Shown in pieces: positions 45,578 to 55,673 of a DNA stretch of 64,000 nucleotides. This DNA comes from an uncultured Gemmatimonadales bacterium (GTDB lineage Bacteria > Gemmatimonadota > Gemmatimonadetes > Longimicrobiales > Longimicrobiaceae), in the NCBI GenBank assembly GCA_963716255.1, contig OY970303.1, positions 2,880,001 to 2,944,000 on the forward strand, written 5' to 3'. The first letter of the stretch is position 1, and every line of letters begins with the position of its first letter. The notes beneath the pieces were generated by a model. The model saw only the letters and a list, made by a program, of their open reading frames with translations, was not told where the DNA came from and ran no database searches. The position numbers were made by a program, and so were the translations under genes.

Positions 45578-46149
45578 CCGGAGCCGCGACCATGCAGCAG
45601 CAGGCCAAGGGATCCACCCTGCGCTCCACGCTGGACTTCCTGCGCGCCGAGGTGGGCGCCGACGCGGTGCAGGGCGTGCTGGCGAGCCTCCCCCCGGAGG
45701 AGCGCCGCGTGGTGGAGGACGCCGCGGCCACCGAGGAAGTGCCGCTGGCGACGCTGCTGGGCCTGTGGCGGGCCGTGGACGCGGCGATCGGCGCGCGGCA
45801 CCCGGACTGGATCGAGCGGGCGGGGGCGTACGCCATCCAGGGGTTCGGGGTGCAGCTGTACGGCGGCATCCTGCGCAAGGCCAACCCCACCGAGTTCCTG
45901 ACGCAGCGCGTGTCGCTCTTCCAGCTCTACTACCGCCCCGGCAACATGGAGGTGGTGGAGGTGGAGCCGGGCCGGGCCGTCCTGCGCCTGGTGGGCTTCG
46001 ACCCGGTGGACACGCTGTTCTGCCGCCGCCAGACGGGGGGGCTGCTGCGCTCCGTGGAGCTCGCCGGCGGGCGGGGGGGCTCCGTGCGCCACGTGCGCTG
46101 CTCCGCGGAGGGCGACGCGTTCTGCGAGTGGGAGCTGCGCTGGAGCTGA
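45574..46149 (+). CDS. V4R / DUF2378-like small ligand-binding protein
   Basis: N-terminal AKGSTL; C-terminal HVRCSAEGDAFCEWELRW (V4R C-x3-G-x3-C); alternative ATG at 45592. Confidence 0.65.
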   Translation: MTGAATMQQQAKGSTLRSTLDFLRAEVGADAVQGVLASLPPEERRVVEDAAATEEVPLATLLGLWRAVDAAIGARHPDWIERAGAYAIQGFGVQLYGGILRKANPTEFLTQRVSLFQLYYRPGNMEVVEVEPGRAVLRLVGFDPVDTLFCRRQTGGLLRSVELAGGRGGSVRHVRCSAEGDAFCEWELRWS

Positions 46150-46187
46150 CGGACAGGGGACAGGGAATGGCCTGCAACGGCGGGTTC

Positions 46188-46316
46188 GGGCGTGCCCCCG
46201 GCTGTCGCCGGGGTCGGGCTTCGGCTCCGTAGAGCAGCAAACAACGCTGCTCAACGGAGTCGAGCCCCGCGAAACTGCCCGCGGGTCTCGCCCCTTCGGG
46301 CCGAAATCCCTCACGC
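46188..46316 (+). repeat. Family-1 structured repeat, copy 8
   Basis: Consensus match. Confidence 0.9.
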
Positions 46317-46339
46317 GGCATCGCGCTGGCGTCGGCCGG

Positions 46340-46491
46340 GGCCCCCTCCCCCCGGCCCCTCCCCCGCAAGCGTGAGAGGGGGAGCACTGCACCGGACCCG
46401 CCGTCGCCCCCTCTCCCAGAATGGCGCTCCACGCTTCGCGTGAACCGGATGAAGGACCCGGGTGGCGAGCCTCAAGCGAGCCGGGTGAGGG
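46340..46491. repeat. Family-3 REP-like palindromes
   Basis: 46460-46491 is the exact reverse complement of 59701-59732. Confidence 0.75.
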
Positions 46492-46599
46492 TCGCCGTGC
46501 GGCGCCACTGCCGCTCAGGCCGGCGCTCCGGCGGCGGGCGGGCGTGTGATTTGCCTCTCCGCGCTTCGAGCCGCGCCCCCACCCGAGCAGGGAGTCCGC

Positions 46600-46962
46600 A
46601 TGCGACCGCCACGACACAGGTTCTCCGACGACGTCCGCTCCACCGCGCGGGAGATGGCGGCGCGCATGGCCCACGACGGCACCATGCCGGAAACGCCGGA
46701 GGAGCTGGACGCGTGGATCGCCGCGGTGCCCGAGGCGCGGGCGTCGCTGGAGCGGGGCGGCTGGGGGCGGGACTTCACCTCGGACGACCTGCTCCCGCTC
46801 CTTCACGTGTTCGCGGGCACCGGAGGCGCGGCCCGGCCGGTCGTTCCGACCAAGGCCCCTTCCATGGGCCGCCTGATCCTGGGGCTCCTGATCCTGATTG
46901 CCGTGGGAGCGGCGTTCGCCCTGCTGGCGGGGGGCGCCGCCGTGCCCACGCCCGGGCGCTGA
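46600..46962 (+). CDS. Hypothetical protein with C-terminal TM helix
   Basis: GGGAG RBS, GC3-biased codons, hydrophobic C-terminus. Confidence 0.55.
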   Translation: MRPPRHRFSDDVRSTAREMAARMAHDGTMPETPEELDAWIAAVPEARASLERGGWGRDFTSDDLLPLLHVFAGTGGAARPVVPTKAPSMGRLILGLLILIAVGAAFALLAGGAAVPTPGR

Positions 46963-47081
46963 AGAGGCGGGCCCTCACCCCCCGGCCCCCTCTCCTGCAA
47001 GGGGAGAGGGGGAGAACGGCGACGGCGACCCCCTCCCCGCAAGGGGGAGGGGAGCACGACACGACGAGGCACAGGGACACG

Positions 47082-47120
47082 AAAGCCCTCTCCCGCACGC
47101 AAGCGGGGGAGGGCTTTTTT
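47082..47120 (+). terminator. Rho-independent terminator, possibly bidirectional
   Basis: AAAGCCCTCTCCCGC-loop-GCGGGGGAGGGCTTTTTT. Confidence 0.7.
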
Positions 47121-47207
47121 CGTCGTTCTCTCCTCCCCCGCTGGCGGCGGAGGGGCGGCGCGCGGCGCCGGGGTGGGGGGCCCTCAGCGGACGCCAGCGC
47201 GAGACCC

Positions 47208-47333
47208 GCGTGAGGGATTCCGGCCCGAAGGGGCGAGACCCGGCGCAGTTTGCCGGGGCTCGACTCCGTTAGCCCGCGTTGTTTGCGGGCTTACGGAGCC
47301 GAAGCCCGACCCCGCGCCAGCGGGGGCACGCCC
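47208..47333 (-). repeat. Family-1 structured repeat, copy 9
   Basis: Reverse-complement consensus match. Confidence 0.9.
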
Positions 47334-47370
47334 GAGCCCGCCGTCAAAAGCCGTTCAGCCCCCCGAAACG

Positions 47371-48543
47371 TCACGGCTTCAGCACGACCTTGGTGCACCC
47401 GTCCTTCTTGTCCCGGAACGTCTTGTACAGCTCCGGCGCATCGGAAAGCGGCGCACGGTGCGAGATGATGAACGACGGGTCGATCGCGCCGGACTCGATC
47501 TTGTCCAGGAGCGGCCGCGTGTAGCGCTGCACGTGGGTCTGCCCGGTCTTGATGGTGAGCCCCTTGTTCATCGCCGCGCCGAAGGGGAACTTGTCGATCA
47601 TCCCCACGTACACGCCCGGCACCGAGACCGTGCCGCCGGTGCGGCAGCAGAGGATCGTTTCCCGCAGCACGTGCGCGCGGTCGGTTCCCAGCTTGAGCGT
47701 CTTCTTGGCCTTGTCGAGCACCGCGTCGAGGCTGCCGTGCGAGTGCGCCTCGCACCCCACGGCGTCGATGCAGCGGTCCGGCCCGCGCCCGGCGGTCATC
47801 TCGTCCAGGCGCTCCTTGACGTGCTCCTCGTCGAAGTTGATCGTCTCGGCGCGCCCCGGGCCGGCGGACATGGCCAGCCGCTCGGGGACGCGGTCGATGG
47901 AGATCACGCGGCCGGCGCCCATCATCCAGGCGCTCTGGATCGTCATCTGCCCCACCGGGCCCGCCCCCCACACCGCCACCGTGTCGCCGGGCTCGATGCC
48001 GGCGTTCTCGGCGGCCATCCACCCCGTGGGGAGGATGTCGGAAAGGAAGAGCACCTTCTCGTCCGGCAGGTCGCTCTCGATCTTCTGCGGCCCCACGTCG
48101 GCGAACGGAACGCGCAGGTACTCCGCCTGCCCGCCCCAGAAGCCGCCCAGCAGGTGCGAGAAGCCGAACGCCCCCGCGGCGCGGTGGCCGACGACCTTCG
48201 CCATCATGTCGCCGTTGGGGTTGGAGGTCTCGCACGCGGCGAACAGCCCCTTGCGGCAGAAGAAGCACTGGCCGCACGCGATGATGAACGGCACCACCAC
48301 GCGGTCGCCGCGCTTCAGGTTCTTGACGGCGCTCCCCACCTCCTCCACGATCCCCATGGGCTCGTGGCCCAGGATGTCGCCCTCCTTCATGGTCGGCTGG
48401 TAGCCGTCCAGCAGGTGCAGGTCCGAGCCGCAGATGGCGGTCGCGGTGATGCGGACGACCACGTCCGTGGGGTCCACGATCTGCGGGTCGGGGACGGTGT
48501 CCACGCGGACGTCGTCCTTGCCGTGCCATACGAGTGCTTTCAT
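47371..48543 (-). CDS. Zn-dependent alcohol/formaldehyde dehydrogenase (MDR family, YbdR-like)
   Basis: ICGSDLH, GHEPMG, CGQCFFC...[15 protein letters not shown]. Confidence 0.92.
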   Translation of the reverse strand: MKALVWHGKDDVRVDTVPDPQIVDPTDVVVRITATAICGSDLHLLDGYQPTMKEGDILGHEPMGIVEEVGSAVKNLKRGDRVVVPFIIACGQCFFCRKGLFAACETSNPNGDMMAKVVGHRAAGAFGFSHLLGGFWGGQAEYLRVPFADVGPQKIESDLPDEKVLFLSDILPTGWMAAENAGIEPGDTVAVWGAGPVGQMTIQSAWMMGAGRVISIDRVPERLAMSAGPGRAETINFDEEHVKERLDEMTAGRGPDRCIDAVGCEAHSHGSLDAVLDKAKKTLKLGTDRAHVLRETILCCRTGGTVSVPGVYVGMIDKFPFGAAMNKGLTIKTGQTHVQRYTRPLLDKIESGAIDPSFIISHRAPLSDAPELYKTFRDKKDGCTKVVLKP

Positions 48544-48659
48544 GCGCGTCTCCTGCGTCTGGGGCTCGTGACCCCCGCCTCGTCCCGGGCGGCGGTGGGG
48601 GCCGGGGACTGTGCACGCCATGTGCCGCGGAGCGGGGACGCGAGAACCGCGGGAGCAGC

Positions 48660-49868
48660 TCAGGCGGGCTCGCCGACGTGCGCCTCCTCCGGGCGCGCGG
48701 CGGAGGAGGTGGCGAGGGCGCGGAGCCGCCGGATGCGCTCCAGGTCCGCCACGGCGCCGCCGCGGTCGAGCGCGCCGCCGAGCTGCGCCTCGGAGCGCTC
48801 CAGGAGGTCGGCGGCGCGCCGGGCGTCGCCCTCGGCGAGGCACACGGCGGCCTCGGCGAGCAGGCGCACGTACGGCGGCACCATCAGCCCGGTCCCGGCC
48901 CGCGCGAACAGCGCACGGGCGCGCGCGGCGTCGCCGTCGTGGGCGGCCGCGAAGTACGCCCCCATGAGGAGGAGGCCGGGGCGCACCACGGGCGGGAGCA
49001 CTTCCTCCAGCGCCAGGGCGGCCTCCAGCTGCCGTCGCGCCTCCGCGGGCTCGTCCCGGTCCAGGGCGTGTGCGTAGGCGAGCTGCCGCCCCACCACGTC
49101 GAACGAGGTGCCGTCGGCGGCGCCCAGCGCGAGCGCTACCAGCGCGGGGTCCCACCCGCGCGGCCGCCTCCCCGCCATCGACAGCGCCATCAGGGCGAGG
49201 ATGGCGACTTCGCGCTCGGTGTCCGGCCCGCCGCGGAGCAGGCGGAGGATGCGTGCGCCGTCGCTGTAGAAGCCGCCGGTGCGCGCCGGCACCAGCGTGG
49301 CCGCGGCGATGAAGAGCGACGCCACCCCGAACGCCGCCAGCGCCACGGCGGCGAGGGCGCGACCGAACCCGGCGTCCGCGGGGACCGGCGCCAGCCCCAG
49401 CGGCCCGCGCAGCGCCAGGGCGAGGATCCCGGTGAGGAGGGTCGCGGCGGGCCCGCCCGCGATCATCAGCAGGAAGCGGCGGCGCAGGTCGTGGGTGTCC
49501 TCGGGGACGCTCACCGCCAGCCCCCCGGCGACGGCGGCGCTGCGGTTCAGCGAGGTGCGGACGCCGGTGCCCGTGCGCTCCACGCGGAAGGGCCCCACCA
49601 CGAACAGGAGAGCGCGGAAGCCGGCGAGCCGCCCGCCCAGCAGGTGCCCGGCCTCGTGGATCGCGACCACCCCCACCAGCAGCGCCGCCAGCACCACGGC
49701 GGTGGCCGCCAGCTCCGCGCCGCTGAAGCGGCGGTCGGGAATGAGCCCCGGGACGTACCGGGCGCCGAGCCCCCCCAGGACGGCGCCGCCCAGCATGGGC
49801 AGGACGACGACGAGGGCGGCGCGGAGGAGGGTCTTCTTCCTTGCGGGGAAAGGAGGGGGCGGCGCCAT
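48660..49868 (-). CDS. M50-family (site-2) membrane metallopeptidase with helical C-terminus
   Basis: IHEAGH in a TM segment, AGGP, YSDG. Confidence 0.75.
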   Translation of the reverse strand: MAPPPPFPARKKTLLRAALVVVLPMLGGAVLGGLGARYVPGLIPDRRFSGAELAATAVVLAALLVGVVAIHEAGHLLGGRLAGFRALLFVVGPFRVERTGTGVRTSLNRSAAVAGGLAVSVPEDTHDLRRRFLLMIAGGPAATLLTGILALALRGPLGLAPVPADAGFGRALAAVALAAFGVASLFIAAATLVPARTGGFYSDGARILRLLRGGPDTEREVAILALMALSMAGRRPRGWDPALVALALGAADGTSFDVVGRQLAYAHALDRDEPAEARRQLEAALALEEVLPPVVRPGLLLMGAYFAAAHDGDAARARALFARAGTGLMVPPYVRLLAEAAVCLAEGDARRAADLLERSEAQLGGALDRGGAVADLERIRRLRALATSSAARPEEAHVGEPA

Positions 49869-49970
49869 GGATCTGCTCCTCGGGATTCTCTTTGCCCGGC
49901 GGGTCCCGGACGATAGGTTGCGGCGGATGCGGTGCGGCGGACGAGGGCTCCCCATTCCCCCCGGAGGCGC

Positions 49971-50360
49971 ATGAGCGAGCAGGAGAAGCCGGAGACCGGG
50001 TCCATCGGCTGGGCGGACCTGACGGTGCCCGACGCGGGCGCGGTGCGCGACTTCTACCGCGAGGTGGTGGGGTGGACGGCCACGGGCCTGGACATGGGCG
50101 GATACGAGGACTTCTGCATGAACGCGCCGGGGAGCGGCAGGACGGTCGCGGGGGTCTGCCACGCGCGCGGCGTCAACGCGGGGCTGCCGGCGCAGTGGCT
50201 GGTCTACATCACCGTGGAGGACGTGGACCGGAGCGCGGCGCGCGTGGTGGAGCTGGGCGGCGAGGTGATCCTGGCGCCGAAGAGCGCGGGGGGCCAGGCC
50301 CGCTTCTGCGTGATCCGCGACCCGGCGGGCGCCGTGTGCGCGCTGCACTCGCCGGGTTGA
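49971..50360 (+). CDS. VOC/glyoxalase family protein
   Basis: WADLTVPDA...[26 protein letters not shown]. Confidence 0.88.
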   Translation: MSEQEKPETGSIGWADLTVPDAGAVRDFYREVVGWTATGLDMGGYEDFCMNAPGSGRTVAGVCHARGVNAGLPAQWLVYITVEDVDRSAARVVELGGEVILAPKSAGGQARFCVIRDPAGAVCALHSPG

Positions 50361-50376
50361 GGCCGCGAACGGCGGG

Positions 50377-50586
50377 TCAACGGAGGAGGGTCTCCAGCTC
50401 CTCGAAGACCCTCTCGCCCGAAATCGGCCGCACCTTCCCGGAGCGCAGCTCCTCCACCCGGCTTTGAATCTCGGCTGCCCAGGCGGCCGCGTGGCCGGCG
50501 TCTTCCCCGCAGCCGGCGAGCGGCCGATCCGGGAGGCCGCACTCCGCCTCGTGGGCATCGTGCGCGGAGTTCCTGTGCTCGACCAT
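50377..50586 (-). CDS. Putative addiction-module (unstable antitoxin) component, possibly degenerate
   Basis: AWAAEIQSRVEELRSGKVRPISGERVF signature. Confidence 0.6.
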   Translation of the reverse strand: MVEHRNSAHDAHEAECGLPDRPLAGCGEDAGHAAAWAAEIQSRVEELRSGKVRPISGERVFEELETLLR

Positions 50587-50610
50587 TGCCCGTGATCCTC
50601 GGAGAGAAGG

Positions 50611-50832
50611 CTACCGCTCCTGCTGGAGGTGCGCCCACGCGGCGTCTTCCTCGTGCCGACTCCAGTCGGCGAGCGCGGGTTCAGCGAACAGCGGGGTGGA
50701 TTCCGGTTCGGCCTGCACCGCCGCTTCTTCGAGAACCGTCACCAGGGCGCGCCGGGCTCCGGGCAGCAACACCGGCTCCAGCAGCCGCACGCTCCCGTCG
50801 GCCTCGATCACCGCTTCGATCGCGCGCAGCAT
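50611..50832 (-). CDS. Putative antitoxin (AF2212/DUF104-like N-terminus)
   Basis: GGAGGAG RBS; AIEAVIEADGSVRLLEPV.LP...ALVTVL; LADWSRHEEDAAWAHL C-terminus. Confidence 0.6.
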   Translation of the reverse strand: MLRAIEAVIEADGSVRLLEPVLLPGARRALVTVLEEAAVQAEPESTPLFAEPALADWSRHEEDAAWAHLQQER

Positions 50833-50925
50833 ACGACTCCTCCTGGCTCCGGTGTGAATCCAAAGCTAAAATCCGGCCCCTGAGCAGCCAAGGCGGGTTC
50901 CGTCCCCGGAACGGGCGCCCGGGGC

Positions 50926-51639
50926 TCACCGCCCCGCGGGCCGCAGCGCGATCCCGTCCTCCCCCAGCACCAGCCGCGTGCGTATCTTTTGGACTTCGTC
51001 GGGGTTGCCGGTGGCGTTCACGTGCCGGGTGAACTCCACGGTGCGGGCGTCGATCCACGCCGCGTCGGAGGCGCCCCAGGCGTCGCCGCCGTCCAGCCCC
51101 CACTCCAGCCGGGGAAAGCCGCGGGCGAGGCTCCACACCTGGAGGCCATTGGGGTCGTAGCCGGCCTCCAGGTCCACCGACGTGGCGACGAAGCGGCTGC
51201 GGTCGGGCGCGACCACGGGCGGCCCGAGGACGCGCGTCTGCTCCGTGGTCACGGTGTCCACCAGGAGCCACCCGCCGCCCTCGTAGAAGTCCATCTGCAC
51301 CAGGTGCTGGGCGATCCCGGGGAGGAGCCCCCGGTAGCGGTAGCGGACGAAGTCGCCGCCCTCGCGCGTGTCGCTCGCCAGCGCCAGGCTGCCGCGGCCG
51401 GCGCCGCGGATGTGAAGCGTGTCCCCGGCGCGGCGCGCTCCTCCCGCGGACGCGGCGAGCAGCCCGCGCTCCACGCGCAGGGCGCACGCGTCGGCGTCCT
51501 CCGGCCGCGGGCGATCGGCGCACGCGGCGTACGGGTCCGGCGCGGCGGGGGACGCGGGCGCGGGGGCGGCGGACGGGCCGGCACCGGGAGTGCATGCCAC
51601 GGCGCAGGCGAGCAGCAGGGGCGGGGCGATGCGGTGCAT
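50926..51639 (-). CDS. Hypothetical lipoprotein
   Basis: LACAVAC lipobox-like signal; beta-rich body (VVAPDRSRF). Confidence 0.6.
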   Translation of the reverse strand: MHRIAPPLLLACAVACTPGAGPSAAPAPASPAAPDPYAACADRPRPEDADACALRVERGLLAASAGGARRAGDTLHIRGAGRGSLALASDTREGGDFVRYRYRGLLPGIAQHLVQMDFYEGGGWLLVDTVTTEQTRVLGPPVVAPDRSRFVATSVDLEAGYDPNGLQVWSLARGFPRLEWGLDGGDAWGASDAAWIDARTVEFTRHVNATGNPDEVQKIRTRLVLGEDGIALRPAGR

Positions 51640-51746
51640 GGGCGCGGCGGGTGGGCGTGGACGGACGGGCCCCGTCCGCATCATCGGCCGGCGGTCCGCG
51701 CCGCGCAAGGACCCCACGGCCGGACGGACACGCGACGAGCGAGCAG

Positions 51747-52700
51747 ATGAGCGACAGGACACCGAAGGGAGCGGGGGGCGGCGCGCCGCGCCGCTGGGCA
51801 GAGCACGCCGTGACGGCGGACGAGGCGGGGCGCACCGTGGAGGAGATCCTCACCGGGCCCATGGGGATCTCGCGCAGGATGATCCAGCGGCTCACCCGCA
51901 GCCAGGGCGTACAGCTCAACCGCCGGGCGGCGTTCCTGGCGCGCAGGGTGAAGGCCGGCGACGTGGTGTCGGCGCGGGTGGCGCCGGAGGAGGAGGCCGG
52001 GCTCCCGGCGGTGCCCATGGAGCTGGCGGTGGTGCACGAGGACGCGGAGGTGCTGGTGCTGGACAAGCCGCCCTTCCTGCTGGTGCACCCCACCTCGCCG
52101 GAGCAGACACGCACGCTGGCGCACGGCGTGGCGCACCACTTCGCCGTGCAGGGTCTGCGCGCGAAGGTGAGGCCGGTGCACCGCATTGACCGGGACACCT
52201 CGGGGCTGGTGCTCTTCGCCAAGTCGGCGCTCGCCCACGCGCACCTGGACGCGCAGCTGCGCGAGCGGGAGATGGGCCGCGCCTACCTGGCGTTCGTGCG
52301 CGGCGCGGTCGCGGAGGACGAGGGGGTGGTGGACGCGCCCATCGGCCGCGACCGCACGCACCCCAACCTGCGCGCGGTGCGCCCCAACGGGGAATCCGCG
52401 CTCACCCGCTTCCGGGTGGCGGAGCGCTTCCCGGACGCCACGCTGCTGGAGCTGGAGCTGGAGACCGGCCGCACGCACCAGATCCGAGTGCACATGGCGC
52501 ACCTGGGGCACCCGGTGCTCGGCGACCGCCAGTACGGCGGCGCCGCCCGCGGCGACGCCATGAAGCGGCAGGCGCTGCACGCGGCCCGCCTCGCCTTCGC
52601 GCACCCGCGCACCGGCGAGCGCCTGAGCTTCGAGGCGCCGCTCCCGCCGGACCTGGCGGAGCTGCGCGAGCGATTGCGGACGGCAGGGAACAGGGGATGA
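51747..52700 (+). CDS. RluA/RluD-family pseudouridine synthase
   Basis: S4-like N-terminus, DKPP, VHRIDRDTSG, LETGRTHQIRVH, GD..YG, QALHA. Confidence 0.92.
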   Translation: MSDRTPKGAGGGAPRRWAEHAVTADEAGRTVEEILTGPMGISRRMIQRLTRSQGVQLNRRAAFLARRVKAGDVVSARVAPEEEAGLPAVPMELAVVHEDAEVLVLDKPPFLLVHPTSPEQTRTLAHGVAHHFAVQGLRAKVRPVHRIDRDTSGLVLFAKSALAHAHLDAQLREREMGRAYLAFVRGAVAEDEGVVDAPIGRDRTHPNLRAVRPNGESALTRFRVAERFPDATLLELELETGRTHQIRVHMAHLGHPVLGDRQYGGAARGDAMKRQALHAARLAFAHPRTGERLSFEAPLPPDLAELRERLRTAGNRG

Positions 52701-52770
52701 CGGCAGGGAACAGGGCTTACCGGTTCACGCCTAGCGTGAAGCGCCACAGCCGGCAACGACGACGGCGGCC

Positions 52771-52834
52771 CCCTCCCCCGGAACGGGGGATATCAGGGGG
52801 CAAGCCGTGCGGCTCTCAGGCCGCCGGGTGGGGG
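52771..52834. repeat. Family-3 REP-like repeat
   Basis: Near-identical to 5072-5135. Confidence 0.75.
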
Positions 52835-52860
52835 CACCCGCGGGCGCCAGCGCGATGCCC

Positions 52861-52991
52861 GCGTGAGGGATTTCGGCCCGGAGGGGCGAGACCCCGCGGG
52901 CAGTTTCGCGGGGGCTCGACTCCGTTGGCGAGCGTTGTTTGCTCGCCTACGGAGCCGAAGCCCGACCCCGGCGCCAGCCGGGGGCACGCCC
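52861..52991 (-). repeat. Family-1 structured repeat, copy 10 (contains the PAP2 stop codon)
   Basis: Reverse-complement consensus match. Confidence 0.9.
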
Positions 52992-53633
52992 GAGCCCGTC
53001 CGTTCCCGGTCGTTCTCCGGCCCGGAGGTGCCACCGCCACAACCCTTCCCCCACGAGCAGCCCCACCACCGCGGACACCACGACGTCGCTGACGAAGTGC
53101 GCCCCGGCCGCCACGCGCGCCCAACCGCACCCCGCGGCGAGCGCGTACCACACCCAGCGCGCCCGCGGGAACAGGTGGGCCAGCACCGCGGCCGCGCCCC
53201 AGGCCACCAGGGCGTGGCTGCTGGGGAGGGCGAGCCCGCCGGTGGACAGGGGCCGCTCGGTCCAGGCGCGGAACACGTACTCGCCGGCGTGCGCGCGCGG
53301 ACGCTCGCGCCGGAACACCAGCTTCAGGAGCTCCGCCGCCAGCCCGCCCAGCCCCGCCCCCAGCAGCAGCAGCACCCCGCGGGCGAGCGCCGCCCGCGTT
53401 CCCCGCTCGGCGCGCTGCGGCCAGTCGTGCAGCACCAGCGCCAGGCCGGCCGTGGCCCACAGCGGCAGGAACCCCATCACCCGCAGCATCCGCCCCAGGT
53501 CGGAGCCGCCCAGCCCGGCGTCGGCCAGGTGCGCAAAGGCCCAGCGGTCCACCAGGTGCGCGAGGACGATGGCCGCGGCGGACGCCAGGGCGAAGCGCAG
53601 CAGGCGCGTGCGCGGGGAGGCGATGGTGGACAT
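52947..53633 (-). CDS. PAP2-family membrane phosphatase
   Basis: KLVFRRERP, PSSH, ARVAAGAHFVSDV. Confidence 0.88.
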   Translation of the reverse strand: MSTIASPRTRLLRFALASAAAIVLAHLVDRWAFAHLADAGLGGSDLGRMLRVMGFLPLWATAGLALVLHDWPQRAERGTRAALARGVLLLLGAGLGGLAAELLKLVFRRERPRAHAGEYVFRAWTERPLSTGGLALPSSHALVAWGAAAVLAHLFPRARWVWYALAAGCGWARVAAGAHFVSDVVVSAVVGLLVGEGLWRWHLRAGERPGTDGLGRAPGWRRGRASAP

Positions 53634-53747
53634 GGGAGCGCGGGAGGAGGGCGTGCCGGGCGACGGGGACCGGCGGACAAGCTACGCGCCCCGTCCCGCG
53701 CCCGGAAGGGCGGGACGGGGCGCGGGAAGCGGGCGCGCGGAAGGCGT

Positions 53748-54305
53748 CTACAGGATGCGCAGCGCGCCGATCACGGCGTTCAGCTCCAGGCCGCTGAAGT
53801 CGAAGCCGTCGTACGACTGGAAGATGCGGTAGCGGGCGCTGGCGCGCAGGTGCCGCGTCACGCCGACGCCGGCCTCCACGGCCGCCGCCGGGCCGAACTC
53901 GCGGCCGCGGGCCACGGTGCCCGAGTCGATCCGCATCCGGTAGTCGTAGTAGGCGACGCCACCCTCGGCCCGCACGAAGGGCACCGCCACCCCCGTGACC
54001 GGGAGCTGGTACTCGCCCACCAGCGTCAGCGGGATGATCAGGAAGCGGTCGCTCCCGGAGCGCGCGCCGGAGAGCTCCAGGTTGGGGAAGAGCGCGAAGC
54101 TCCCCGGGCTGGGCGCGACGGCCCGGGCGATCCCCACGATGGGGATGACGTCGCCGAAGCGGTCGCTGACGTCGGGGTCGGAGGGGAAGTACGCGCCCAG
54201 CCGCAGGCCGATGCGCAGCCCGCCGTCGGCCCCCTGCGCGCGGGCGGGGGCCGGAGCCGCCGCGAGCGCGGCCGCGGCCGCGAGCAACAGAAGTGCGCGC
54301 TTCAT
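53748..54305 (-). CDS. Outer-membrane beta-barrel protein (OmpA/OmpW-like)
   Basis: Signal peptide (ARA-Q), alternating beta strands, 'PFVRAEGGVAYY'. Confidence 0.65.
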   Translation of the reverse strand: MKRALLLLAAAAALAAAPAPARAQGADGGLRIGLRLGAYFPSDPDVSDRFGDVIPIVGIARAVAPSPGSFALFPNLELSGARSGSDRFLIIPLTLVGEYQLPVTGVAVPFVRAEGGVAYYDYRMRIDSGTVARGREFGPAAAVEAGVGVTRHLRASARYRIFQSYDGFDFSGLELNAVIGALRIL

Positions 54306-54411
54306 CACCCGTCCCTCCCTCCGGAGTTGCTCCTCCCACGCGGAAACGTCCGCGGCCGTCCCCAGCGGGAAACGTGCCATGGCCGGGGTGCGCGGAGGCG
54401 GGGGCGGAGGC

Positions 54412-54939
54412 CTACCGCCGCGGGAAGCGGACGGTGCGGTACACGTCCAGCTGGAGCGCCGCTGCACGGGCGTCGCGCGCCTCGCCGGACAGGTGAACGG
54501 CCCGCGGGCGGGTCCACTGCGCGCCGGTGAAGTGGCGCTCGCCCACGCGGTCGTCCCAAAGATCGGCGGAGGCCCCGCCGATGGACTCGGAGAAGCGGCG
54601 CATCTCGCCGGAGGCGCCGGGGCGGGGGTCGTCGGCGCGCACCTCCACGGTGACGACGCCGCGCCCGGGCGGACGGTACGCGCCGGTCCCCCAGGCCACC
54701 GTGGCGCCGTCGCCGCTCCACGAGGCGGCGTCGCTCCCGGCGGCGGACGAGGTCCCGGCCGGGCGCCAGCGCGACGGGACGCAGAAGGTGAAGCCCTCGG
54801 CGCGCACCAGCCGCCACGCGCCGTCGCGGCCGGCCGGCACGTCGGCGGCGGGGCACGGCGCGGGCGCGGGGGCCCGCGCGGCCGGCGCCGCGGCACACCC
54901 GGCCAGCAGCAGCACGGCCGCGAGCCCGAAGCGGTTCAT
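54412..54939 (-). CDS. Hypothetical lipoprotein
   Basis: MNRFGLAAVLLLAGC lipobox; 'GFTFCVPSRW...YRTVRF' PsbP-like pattern. Confidence 0.6.
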   Translation of the reverse strand: MNRFGLAAVLLLAGCAAAPAARAPAPAPCPAADVPAGRDGAWRLVRAEGFTFCVPSRWRPAGTSSAAGSDAASWSGDGATVAWGTGAYRPPGRGVVTVEVRADDPRPGASGEMRRFSESIGGASADLWDDRVGERHFTGAQWTRPRAVHLSGEARDARAAALQLDVYRTVRFPRR

Positions 54940-54998
54940 GGTTGGATCCGGGGAGTGGGGGGCCCGGCGGCGGGACGCCGCCGGGAACGGGAGGGGAG

Positions 54999-55196
54999 CT
55001 AGGCGGTCCCGGGGCCGTCGTCCGCGACGCCCAGCTGCTCCAGCACGTGGGCGAGCGCGGCTTCCTGCTTCTTGAGCGCCTCGCGGAACTCGTACGAGTC
55101 GGTTCCCGCCACCTCCACCCGCAGGTCCGAGAGGTAGGACCGCAGCGCGGTGGCCAGGTACTGCGCTTCTTCCGCGTCGATCGTGATCTGCGCCAT
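54999..55196 (-). CDS. Small hypothetical helical protein
   Basis: GGAG RBS, 65 aa, good codon bias. Confidence 0.6.
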   Translation of the reverse strand: MAQITIDAEEAQYLATALRSYLSDLRVEVAGTDSYEFREALKKQEAALAHVLEQLGVADDGPGTA

Positions 55197-55241
55197 CTGG
55201 AGTCTCCGTTGGGAATGGTTCGTGGGGCGCCGGGCCCCGTC

Positions 55242-55631
55242 TCAGCCGCCGCCCGCGCCCGTGCCGGCGTCCGGGTCGCGGTGCACCGTGTCCGGCGAGA
55301 ACGCCGGCAGGCACACCGCGACGTATTCCGCCCCCTCCGGCTCGGGGGTGCCGTAGCGCACCCACTCGCCGGGCGAGGTCACCACCGCCTGCCCCGCCCG
55401 CCCCTCCAGCACGCCGCCCTCGTGCTCCACCCGCAGCATGCCGCGCAGCACCACCGTGACCTCCTCGAACTCCGGGCGCTGGCCGGGCTCCTGCCAGCCG
55501 CCCGGCGACTGCATGCGGGCGACGCTCACCGCGGCGTGGCCGCTGGCGACGCGGCCGGCGAACTCCTCGATGCGCTTGGGCTTGTTGCCGGCGGCCTCGA
55601 CGACGGAGGGCTGCGCGATAAGGCGTGGCAT
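55242..55631 (-). CDS. Cupin domain protein
   Basis: EPGQRPEFEE.TVVLRG, WVRY.TP...GAEYVAVCLPAFSP. Confidence 0.85.
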   Translation of the reverse strand: MPRLIAQPSVVEAAGNKPKRIEEFAGRVASGHAAVSVARMQSPGGWQEPGQRPEFEEVTVVLRGMLRVEHEGGVLEGRAGQAVVTSPGEWVRYGTPEPEGAEYVAVCLPAFSPDTVHRDPDAGTGAGGG

Positions 55632-55673
55632 GGCGACGGGCCGGTTCGGGGGTGGAAGGGGCTCCGGCGCGGG

